Source: an uncultured Chlorobiaceae bacterium
GTDB lineage: Bacteria; Bacteroidota; Chlorobiia; Chlorobiales; Chlorobiaceae
Assembly (NCBI GenBank): GCA_903887845.1
Contig: CAISRC010000120.1
Coordinates: 651 to 24,650 of the forward strand
Length of the DNA stretch: 24,000 bases
Reading direction: 5' to 3'
Each line of letters begins with the position of its first letter. Position 1 is the first letter of the stretch. Below the pieces are notes generated by a model, which saw only the letters and a list, made by a program, of their open reading frames with translations, searched no databases and was not told where the DNA came from. Shown piece after piece: positions 17,133-24,000 of the stretch. Position numbers and translations under genes: made by a program.

Positions 17133-18208
17133 TAGGCATTATAATTTATATCAATATTACTTTCAATAAATAAATATGGACACTTAGCATATGTTTTTAA
17201 AATAGATTCAAATATAATTTTTGATAATGCAGGCGGAACAGCCATACCAATTTGCTTTCTAACGCTTTCTTTGGCTCCAAAAAAAGCATAATCATTCGGA
17301 AATGATTGGATAGCGGCTCTTTCCCTATTAGTTAATGCCCTGTTTTCGTAATAATGATACCCATGAGTACCTCCACCGCCACTTCCTGTAATTGTATATG
17401 AAGGTTTATCCGGATGAAGTCTTTTATATATCTGGCTTAACTTAGCGTTCTCGACATTTAGGCGCAAATGTTCAGGCATTTTTGATGTCCAAACATTTTC
17501 ACCAGGACTTATATATTTTAATCTTTCAATCACTTTTTTTGATTGATTTGTAAACTCATTATTTGGTGCGTCGAAAGGAATTGATTCTAACACTTTAGAT
17601 ACAGGTATATAGTTGTTTTTTGTGGTCTGTGCTGGTACTCTATATTTTAGTTCTAATGACTTCTGAATCCCAACAATTATAATCCGATGCCTTGTTTGAG
17701 CTATACCGTATTCTTCAGCTTTATATAAGTGCGAAACGATATCATAACCATCACCTGAGTTGGATAAGTCATTCAAGATTTTCTTAAATGCCTCCCCATC
17801 ATTTGCAGATCTGATCCCGCCAACATTTTCTGCAATAAAAAACTTTGGCTTAAACTTATTTATAACATTGATACCGTATTTGTAAAGCGGACCATAAGTC
17901 CCAGCAAAACCTTTTTGCTTCCCAACAATACTAAAGTCATTGCAAGGGAAGCCATATGCAAATATATCAATTGATGAAAGATTATCTATATTTAAAAGCG
18001 CAATATCTTCACAATAAACACTGCCGGAATGCGCCCCAGGTATATTCATTATATATGTTTGACATGAGTCATGGTCAATATCGTTAGACCAAGCATGTCC
18101 ATAAGAATAATGAGTCCCTCCATACTCAAGACTACTATTTATAGCTCCATAAGCCAAACCGCCTGGCCCAGAAAATAATTCACCTAAATTCAGTTTTATT
18201 TTTTCCAT
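17132..18208 (-). CDS. dcm: DNA (cytosine-5)-methyltransferase
   Basis: Canonical C5-MTase motifs in order: LFSGPGG (I), GFPCNDFS (IV), FIAENV (VI), QTRHRIIIVG (VIII), RALTNRERAAIQSFP (IX), QIGMAVPP (X). The track start is TTG 18217. ATG 18208 (MEKIKLN..) is preferred. Confidence 0.9.
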   Translation of the reverse strand: MEKIKLNLGELFSGPGGLAYGAINSSLEYGGTHYSYGHAWSNDIDHDSCQTYIMNIPGAHSGSVYCEDIALLNIDNLSSIDIFAYGFPCNDFSIVGKQKGFAGTYGPLYKYGINVINKFKPKFFIAENVGGIRSANDGEAFKKILNDLSNSGDGYDIVSHLYKAEEYGIAQTRHRIIIVGIQKSLELKYRVPAQTTKNNYIPVSKVLESIPFDAPNNEFTNQSKKVIERLKYISPGENVWTSKMPEHLRLNVENAKLSQIYKRLHPDKPSYTITGSGGGGTHGYHYYENRALTNRERAAIQSFPNDYAFFGAKESVRKQIGMAVPPALSKIIFESILKTYAKCPYLFIESNIDINYNA

Positions 18209-18225
18209 CAAATACAACCAGTATT

Positions 18226-18663
18226 TTAAAATTTAAGTTCTTGGAACAAGATATCTTTTAATCTTACTCTATCTTTAATTTCGCATTCCCATATTATTAA
18301 AACGCGCCAGCCCATATCTTCAATTAACTTTTTATTTATGAAGTCAGAAGTGACATTCTTTTTTAATTTATTATACCAATATTCAATATTTGTTTTTGGT
18401 TGAGTCGCACGAGAACAACCTTCATGCCTATGCCAAAAACAACCATGTATAAATATAACTGTCCTGTATTTTGCGAGCACAATATCAGGTTTACCAGGAA
18501 GAATTCCCTTCGCATACGCTTTTTTAGAGATCTTTCCATGCAGTCTGAAGCGATAACCCATTCTGTGCAATAGAGACCTAACCAGCTTTTCCGGTTTTGT
18601 GTTACTGGATTTTATACGGCTCATATTCCAGCTTCGCCGTTCTTTTGTCAAAAGATCAGCCAT
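18226..18663 (-). CDS. vsr: very short patch repair endonuclease (Vsr)
   Basis: ..RSWNMSRIKSSNTKPEKLVRSLLHRMGYRFRLH..LPGKPDIVLAKYRTVIFIHGCFWHRHEGC..WRVLIIWECE.. is the Vsr signature. The track start is TTG 18681. ATG 18663 is preferred. Confidence 0.9.
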   Translation of the reverse strand: MADLLTKERRSWNMSRIKSSNTKPEKLVRSLLHRMGYRFRLHGKISKKAYAKGILPGKPDIVLAKYRTVIFIHGCFWHRHEGCSRATQPKTNIEYWYNKLKKNVTSDFINKKLIEDMGWRVLIIWECEIKDRVRLKDILFQELKF

Positions 18664-18842
18664 CTCCGCATATAGTAACAATATAAATCAATAATACTTA
18701 CGCCTGTAATCAGGAAAATGCAGTCAACCACATTGCTCTTCTCTACATGATAGACAAGATAGGACATCTACTGTTGCTTATCCAATGCAATATTGTGGGA
18801 ATGAAATGAAAACAAAATCAACTGTTCAACACACACTTTAGC

Positions 18843-19222
18843 ATTTTCAGCAACTTGAGGGAAATATCTCAGCCAGCGTTCTCGGTAATCTCGCCTTCCT
18901 GTCCGTTTCCATCATCGTCGTCACGCTCCTCTTCGAAAGGGAGCGCCAGTCGGTCATGAGAAAACTAAACATGGCCATCGGCGTCTTTTTCAGTGAATTC
19001 GGCAACCGCCTGCTGAAAGAGTTGTCGGTACACGTGGTCGGAAGCGAGGAGCTGAAAGACCGTCTGCGTATGACCGCATCATGGAAAAAACAGGATTTTG
19101 AGGCGGCGCTCGAGTATCTGCGCCGAACCAACCAGAGGATCATCATCGACTGTGACGCACTCCCCTGCCTGAAGCAGTTAATGGCCGGAAAACGGAGCGG
19201 CCTCCTGAGCCTGCTGGAAAAC
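18843..19222 (+). pseudogene. truncated, frameshifted paralogous fragment of the membrane-protein gene at 21261..22019
   Basis: Nucleotide alignment by eye pairs 18843-19222 with 21353-21750. The fragment has a 2-bp insertion (ATATCTCAGCC vs ATATCAGCC) and a 15-bp deletion between GAAAGGG repeats. The embedded 91-aa ORF (18956..19231) differs from residues ~74-164 of the intact protein at 14 positions by my count. The N-terminal and C-terminal parts are missing. Confidence 0.8.
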
Positions 19223-19239
19223 AGGAGCTGAAGTATCGG

Positions 19240-19278
19240 ACAGTTATCGGACATTAAGCATGGGTGTTCGATAACTGT
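19240..19278. repeat. 14-bp inverted repeat / hairpin at the junction of two gene fragments
   Basis: ACAGTTATCGGACA (19240-19253), 11-nt loop, TGTTCGATAACTGT (19265-19278). This gives 13 Watson-Crick pairs and one G-T pair. TATCGGACA also occurs directly upstream (19234-19242). Confidence 0.7.
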
Positions 19279-19318
19279 TTAATGAACCAAAGTATATCGC
19301 CGTCCCCGCTTATCGCCG

Positions 19319-19519
19319 CCAAAGAGCGCTTCTCTCCACGTAGGCAACTCAGTACTCTTTGTCGAGCGCTAGTATTTCCTCGTCGCTGAAGTCGGGGATA
19401 ACTTTCACCCCGGTACCAGTATGAAGATTTTTCAGGAGCGAGATGAAGGTTTCAGGCGAGTAACGGTTTCGCAGGGTATAGTCAAGCACCGGCACAAGCT
19501 CACTGAAAAAGTGCATCTC
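19319..19519 (-). pseudogene. ~200-bp fragment homologous to an internal part of recB
   Basis: Minus-strand translation EMHFFSELVPVLDYTLRNRYSPETFISLLKNLHTGTGVKVIPDFSDEEILALDKEY*VAYVERSALW aligns with intact RecB ..RMHFFREPAPLLGYTLRNRHSPETFLSLLKNLHAGTGVKVIPDFSDEEIITLDKECSAAYAETSDLW.. (encoded at 8094-8293). It contains an internal stop and has no flanking recB sequence. Confidence 0.8.
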
Positions 19520-19572
19520 CTCGCTTAATTGACAGCGACAGGCATTTTCAATTATCCATTCTTGATTCTGTT

Positions 19573-20267
19573 CTATTCCTGTTCATTCTCAACTCCTCCC
19601 AGCTTTTTCGCCGACGATTGTGCCCGTCGATCCAGCTTTCTCAGATCCTCTTCAGGTTTCGGCAACTCTTCGGGCATCGTGCCACCCAGTTCCTTAATGG
19701 TCTGGCGTACTTTTTTGCCGACATCAAAATGGGTCTGGTTTGCTTTGAGCCTTCCCTGAATATTTGCCCTGCGAAGTTTTTCCTCTGTCTGCGTCGTACG
19801 GAAGAGATTGGCAGCCTATTGTGCTCGCGCATTTCGTTACGGAGAAAAAGCCGTTTTTCCTCCTCCTTGAGTCATTTGAAAGCCTCATCGTCAGCCAACT
19901 CCTGTCTGCATGTCTGGATGGCGAAATATGTCTGGCCGTTGGCTATAACAGGCTTGGATGTATCAGATTTCTGGACAATCAGATAACAGGCATAACGGGA
20001 GAGTCTTATATCCTCCAGTTTTCGCTTGGCTCCTGAACCGATTTCGACCATTTCGAGGACATCCTCGAAATGGTCTCTGACTTCATGACTGCTGTTTTGA
20101 CAGGCTTCTTTCGCCCTTTCAACAACAGGAATAAAATGGCGATGCTCAGAATAATCCAGTGTTTTTTAAAGCTTTCGAGCCGTCCAAAATTCTTTGCCAT
20201 TTTCGCCAGTCTGCTTTATCTCTTCAAACGTCTGGTGATGTCTTTTTTCTATCTCCTTGCTGCTCAT
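19573..20267 (-). pseudogene. dinD: DNA damage-inducible protein D (DinD) pseudogene
   Basis: Translation from ATG 20267 reads MSSKEIEKRHHQTFEEIKQTGENGKEFWTARKL*KTLDYSEHRHFIPVVERAKEACQNS..LSRYACYLIVQ..GQTYFAIQT.RQELADDEAFK*LKEEEKRLFLRNEMREHN. It then jumps frame to AANLFRTTQTEEKLRRANIQG..THFDVGKKVRQTIKELGGTMPEELP.. There are in-frame TAA (20166-20168) and TGA (19871-19873) stops. An internal deletion/frameshift lies near 19815-19820. Confidence 0.75.
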
Positions 20268-20317
20268 GGCTGCATTTCCTTTAAAAATTGACAGTTGATA
20301 ATGGATAACGAAAGCCA

Positions 20318-21223
20318 TTATTCACTACTTTTCTCTTCCAGTTTTTTGATACTCCGATCATCGACCAGCAGCGCCATTTGGTGGATGGCTGTCCGATTGA
20401 GCGTTTGCAGCCGTTCGGACTGACTGAGCCCTTCCTGAATAAAATGGGCATTGAGGTTTTCAAGATTAGCCAGGCAAACCAATTGAGAAACATTGGCAAA
20501 GTCACGGATGTTGCCGTTATCATCAGGATTTTCATCACGCCACTCTTTGGCGATTTTTCCGAAGAGTGCCATGTTCAGAATGTCCGCTTCGGATGCGTAG
20601 ACCAGGTTTATTTGCTCTTTGGTCAACTCTTGAGGGATGAGATGCTGTTTGATGGCATCAGTATGAATGCGGTAGTTGATTTTAGTCAGGTTGCGGCGAA
20701 TATCCCAGCCAAGCTGTTTGAATTCCTCATTTTTCAATCGCTGGAACTCTTTGATGAGGTAAAGTTTAAATTTTGGAGATATCCATGACGCAAATTCAAA
20801 GGCAATATCTCTGTGAGCATAGGTTCCGCCATAACGACCTGCTTTGGCAACGATACCAATGGAACCTGTTTTTTCCACCCACTGCTTGACCGATAACACA
20901 AAACGGTTCAAGCCTGCCTCGTTTTTAATTCCCTCGAATTCGGGGGAATTAAAATGTTCGTTGTAGATCTGCTCCCAGATGCCGATGAACTCTATGGTCC
21001 TGGATTTTTGCAGGATCGCGAGTCGTAATTATAACCATCTTTCCGGGCAAAAGCCGCTTGAGCTCAATAATATGGATACATCATCACCGAATAACCGGAA
21101 ATTCCGAGAACATTTATAAATCCTCAAGCGATGTTGGTGTTCGTGACGAGCGTAACACGGGTTGTGTGGTTTTCTTTTCTCAGCGAACGATAAAATGTAT
21201 TCGCCTGTTTGTTTATTATGCAA
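20318..21223 (-). pseudogene. KilA-N domain protein gene interrupted by an in-frame TAA
   Basis: The downstream part (..SRTIEFIGIWEQIYNEHFNSPEFEGIKNEAGLNRFVLSVKQWVEKTGSIGIVAKAGRYGGTYAHRDIAFEFASWISPKFKLYLIKEFQRLK..) is a clear KilA-N family match from memory. The same frame continues upstream through TAA at 21029-21031 into the 64-aa ORF 21029..21223. The only start for the downstream part is an internal TTG. Confidence 0.65.
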
Positions 21224-21260
21224 TGTTTTTCAGGTTGTTTGGTTCCGGTTAACATAACAG

Positions 21261-22019
21261 GTGTTTATGTTTAAAAAACTGTTTATGAACAAGGTGTGGA
21301 CGGTGTCCGCCCTCTTTGCCATCTCGCTGGCCCTTTATGGTATTGACTTCACTATTTTCGGCAGCTTGAGGGAGATATCAGCCAGCTTTCTTGGCAATCT
21401 CGCCTTTCTGCCCATTTACATCATCGTCGTCACGCTGCTCTTCGAAAGGGTGCTCAAGGAAAGGGAGCGGCAGTCGGTCATGAGAAAACTGAACATGGTC
21501 ATCGGCGTCTTTTTCAGTGAATTCGGCAACCGCCTGCTGAAAGAGTTGTCGGTACACGTGGTCGGAAGCGAGGAGCTGAAAACGCGCCTGCGTATGAGCG
21601 CATCATGGAAAAAAGAGGATTTTGAGGCGGCGCTCGACTATCTGCGCCGAAGCAGCCAGAGGATAAGTATCGATAGTGATGCCCTTCCCTGCCTGAAGCA
21701 GTTCATGGTCGGAAAACGGAGCTTCCTCCTGAGCCTGCTGGAAAACCAGAATCTGCTTGAGCATGAAAATTTTACTGACCTTCTCTGGGCAGCGTTTCAT
21801 ACCATTGAAGAGCTTGGGGCCCGGGAGTCGTTCGATGGTATTCCATCAAGCGACAAAGAACACATCAACGGCGACATAAGGCGGGTTTTTGGTCATCTCA
21901 TCCGGGAATGGGTCCTCTATATGCAGCATCTCAGGGAGGATTACCCCTATCTTTTCTCTCTGGCAGTTCGTCTCAATCCTATGATCGACTCACCGGATCC
22001 GGTGGTATATCAGGACTGA
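21261..22019 (+). CDS. hypothetical membrane protein (two predicted N-terminal TM helices + soluble domain)
   Basis: 252-aa ORF (GTG 21261; alternative ATG 21267). Hydrophobic stretches are VWTVSALFAISLALYGI and FLGNLAFLPIYIIVVTLLF. I do not recognise a family. A diverged partial copy lies at 18843-19222. Confidence 0.7.
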   Translation: MFMFKKLFMNKVWTVSALFAISLALYGIDFTIFGSLREISASFLGNLAFLPIYIIVVTLLFERVLKERERQSVMRKLNMVIGVFFSEFGNRLLKELSVHVVGSEELKTRLRMSASWKKEDFEAALDYLRRSSQRISIDSDALPCLKQFMVGKRSFLLSLLENQNLLEHENFTDLLWAAFHTIEELGARESFDGIPSSDKEHINGDIRRVFGHLIREWVLYMQHLREDYPYLFSLAVRLNPMIDSPDPVVYQD

Positions 22020-22096
22020 GTGCTGAGCGTGGTTGATGACGCTGGTTGGGTTCATCATCAGAATGTATATTCCGGTAATGAAAACCTGGAAGAACG

Positions 22097-22549
22097 ATGA
22101 GACTTACAAAGATACATGCTGGTCCGGTGCTCGACTTTTTTACCCCGGACTTTACAACGCAGCTTGAGTTGCCGCTTGCCGGTACCGCAATCGCTGCTGG
22201 CTTCCCCTCTCCGGCTGAAGAGTATCTGGATCTTGCCCTTGACCTGAACAAGGAGCTGGTCAAGCATCCGGCGGCGACTTTTTATGCCAGGGTGAAAGGC
22301 GACTCCATGGTTGAAGCGGGCATTCAGGATGGTGACTTGCTGGTTATCGACAAGGCCCTTGAGCCGAAAGAGGGCTGCATTGCGGTCTGTTTTATTGATG
22401 GCGAGTTTACGGTGAAGCGTCTGGCGGTGCGGGATGAGGGCGTCTACCTCATGCCTGCCAATGCTGAATTCAAGCCGATCAGAATCACTGAAGACAATGA
22501 GTTTCTGGTGTGGGGCATTGTGGCATACGTGATTCATAAACCCAGATAA
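22097..22549 (+). CDS. umuD: translesion polymerase V accessory subunit UmuD (LexA-like S24 peptidase)
   Basis: 150 aa. It has an Ala-Gly cleavage-site-like ..IAAGFPSPAEEY.., the catalytic Ser in ..KGDSMVEAGI.. and the Lys in ..FTVKRL.. Confidence 0.9.
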   Translation: MRLTKIHAGPVLDFFTPDFTTQLELPLAGTAIAAGFPSPAEEYLDLALDLNKELVKHPAATFYARVKGDSMVEAGIQDGDLLVIDKALEPKEGCIAVCFIDGEFTVKRLAVRDEGVYLMPANAEFKPIRITEDNEFLVWGIVAYVIHKPR

Positions 22550-22571
22550 CTACAGCAGGAGATACCACACC

Positions 22572-23849
22572 ATGTTTGCCCTTGTTGACTGCAATAACTT
22601 CTATGCCTCGTGTGAACGGGTGTTCAACCCCGCTCTGCGCTTGCGCCCGGTCGTTGTGCTGTCGAACAACGATGGCTGCATCATCGCCCGCTCTGAAGAG
22701 GCCAAAGCGCTCGGGATACAGATGGGCATGCCTGAATTCAAGTGCCGCCCGCTGCTGAAAAAGCATGAGGTAGCGGTCTTCTCTACAAACTTTGCCCTGT
22801 ATGGCGATATGTCTGCGCGGGTGATGATGACCCTTGCCGCCCTTGTTCCCGAGATTGAAGTCTATTCCATTGATGAGGCGTTTCTCGATATGACGAGCTT
22901 CGCACGGTTCGACCTGACGGAGTATGCCCGGCTGATTCGCCGGACGGTGCGGCAGCATAACGGCATTCCGGTCTGTGTCGGCATGGCGCCCACAAAAACA
23001 CTTGCAAAAATTGCCAACCGGATGGCAAAAAAGAATCCGCACTATCAGGGTGTCTGCCTGCTCAGGAGCGATGCCGAAATCCAGGCGGCGCTTGACCGCA
23101 CCAAAGTTGAGGATATCTGGGGCATCGGGCGGCAGTGGAGCAAGCTGTTACAGGCAAGGAGGATTGAGAGCGCCGCTGACCTTGCCGCTGCGCCTGCTGC
23201 CTGGGTTCGCAAGCACCTGCATATTGTCGGTGCCAGAATACAGGCGGAGCTGAACGGTAAATCCTGCCTGCCGATGGAGCTGGTGAGGCCTCCAAAGCAA
23301 AGCATCTGCACCTCGCGTTCATTTGGCCGCAGCGTAACCTTGCAGAAGGAGTTGCAAGAGGCCGTGGCGACGTTTGCGGGTAAATGCGCGGTAAAGCTCC
23401 GAAAAGAAAATTCACAGGCATCCCTGATTACCGTCTTTATCGCTACCAGTCCCTTCAATGATTCGTCTGAACGGTACTGGGGTACCCGAACGGCTTCTCT
23501 GCCCTGTCCAACGAATGATTCTCTTGCGATGCTGAAGGCGGCACAGACGATGCTTGACGGCCTCTTTCGGGCCGGTATGAGCTACAAGAAAGCAGGAGTT
23601 ATGGTGAGCGGGATCGTGCCGAAAGAGGCTTACAGTACAACGCTTTCGCTTTTTGCGGAGGAGGAGCCTGCCGAAAATGAGCGGGAGAGCAAGATCATGC
23701 AGGTTATGGATGCAATTAATCAGCGCTATGGAAGCGGTGCCGTGCGGCTGGCGGCGGAGAACTCGGAGAGCTGGAAGCCGCATCAGGAGCGGCTGTCGGC
23801 CCGATATACGACTCGGTGGGATGATATTATTGAGGTGGACTTACAATAG
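22572..23849 (+). CDS. umuC: Y-family DNA polymerase V catalytic subunit UmuC
   Basis: 425 aa. The N-terminus MFALVDCNNFYASCERVFNP..VVVLSNNDGCIIARS.., then ..YSIDEAFLD.., and a C-terminal ..RLSARYTTRWDDI.. typical of UmuC. It starts 22 nt after umuD. Confidence 0.9.
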   Translation: MFALVDCNNFYASCERVFNPALRLRPVVVLSNNDGCIIARSEEAKALGIQMGMPEFKCRPLLKKHEVAVFSTNFALYGDMSARVMMTLAALVPEIEVYSIDEAFLDMTSFARFDLTEYARLIRRTVRQHNGIPVCVGMAPTKTLAKIANRMAKKNPHYQGVCLLRSDAEIQAALDRTKVEDIWGIGRQWSKLLQARRIESAADLAAAPAAWVRKHLHIVGARIQAELNGKSCLPMELVRPPKQSICTSRSFGRSVTLQKELQEAVATFAGKCAVKLRKENSQASLITVFIATSPFNDSSERYWGTRTASLPCPTNDSLAMLKAAQTMLDGLFRAGMSYKKAGVMVSGIVPKEAYSTTLSLFAEEEPAENERESKIMQVMDAINQRYGSGAVRLAAENSESWKPHQERLSARYTTRWDDIIEVDLQ

Positions 23850-23868
23850 AATTCCCCGACAACCGGAT

Positions 23869-24000
23869 TCAAGCCCCGCCCATCCCCACCATTTCTTGAG
23901 CAAAATCATACTCTTTGTTAAACGGGAGCCGGAGTTGCTCCAGGTACTCGGGGAATGCCTTTGCCCAGCTTACATAGTAGTAGGCAAGCACTTGGTAACC
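23869..24000 (-). CDS. 3' end of an unidentified minus-strand ORF entering from the right edge
   Basis: The frame is open for 43 codons from the window edge to TGA at 23869-23871 (..GYQVLAYYYVSWAKAFPEYLEQLRLPFNKEYDFAQEMVGMGGA*). It is convergent with umuC. It is too short to assign. Confidence 0.3.
   Translation of the reverse strand, partial: GYQVLAYYYVSWAKAFPEYLEQLRLPFNKEYDFAQEMVGMGGA

Noticed and set aside
18956-19231. 91-aa ORF as a functional small gene
   Set aside because: It is the in-frame remainder of a truncated paralogue. The homologous sequence upstream of it is frameshifted, and the C-terminal ~90 residues of the parent are missing. I treat it as a pseudogene fragment, though expression is not excluded.
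22034-22072. Possible SOS/LexA box upstream of umuD (GAATGTATATTC at 22061-22072; TGATGA-N12-TCATCA at 22034-22057)
   Set aside because: Both are short, imperfect palindromes. Neither matches a LexA consensus that I can assign with confidence for this unknown host, and no similar site lies upstream of the dinD relic.
22485-23783. Minus-strand ORFs antisense to umuC (185, 137, 123, 119 aa)
   Set aside because: They are shadows of the umuC frame, with Arg/Pro/Ala-rich nonsense composition.
1-24000. CRISPR arrays, tRNA/rRNA genes, intact transposases, integrases, reverse transcriptases
   Set aside because: I saw no regularly spaced direct repeats, no cloverleaf-like or rRNA-like segments, and no intact mobility gene on either strand. 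Only the recombinase relic is present. A covariance-model scan (tRNAscan-SE, Infernal) would be needed to exclude small ncRNAs.

Overview
The window has a conserved backbone of about 50-55% G+C. This backbone carries a truncated AlbA_2/'RecG-like' regulator gene, a small wHTH gene, osmC, two secreted or lipoprotein genes, recD-recB on the minus strand, and a membrane-protein gene followed by umuD-umuC. An accessory island of about 12 kb (roughly 8.9-21.25 kb) sits between recB and the membrane-protein gene. Reading left to right, the island contains: an orphan small ORF, a hipB/hipA toxin-antitoxin pair, a YhcG/DUF1016 PD-(D/E)XK nuclease gene, a badly decayed serine-recombinase pseudogene, and a very AT-rich four-gene minus-strand operon. 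That operon (vsr, C5 cytosine methyltransferase, McrB-like AAA+ NTPase, 762-aa DUF2357/PD-(D/E)XK nuclease) is the best candidate for an unusual defence system. After it come diverged ghost fragments of the flanking membrane-protein gene and of recB, then dinD and KilA-N genes that both carry nonsense mutations. Two related palindromic hairpins (stem core ACAGTTA(A)TCG) lie near the two ends of a 10.3-kb segment of the island. I found no rRNA, tRNA or CRISPR array. All family assignments rest on motifs I recognised by eye in translations, and none has been checked against a database. The supplied ORF track misses the largest left-end gene because it has no in-window stop, and it also misses a 58-aa lipoprotein ORF. 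Many long track ORFs are antisense shadows of real genes.
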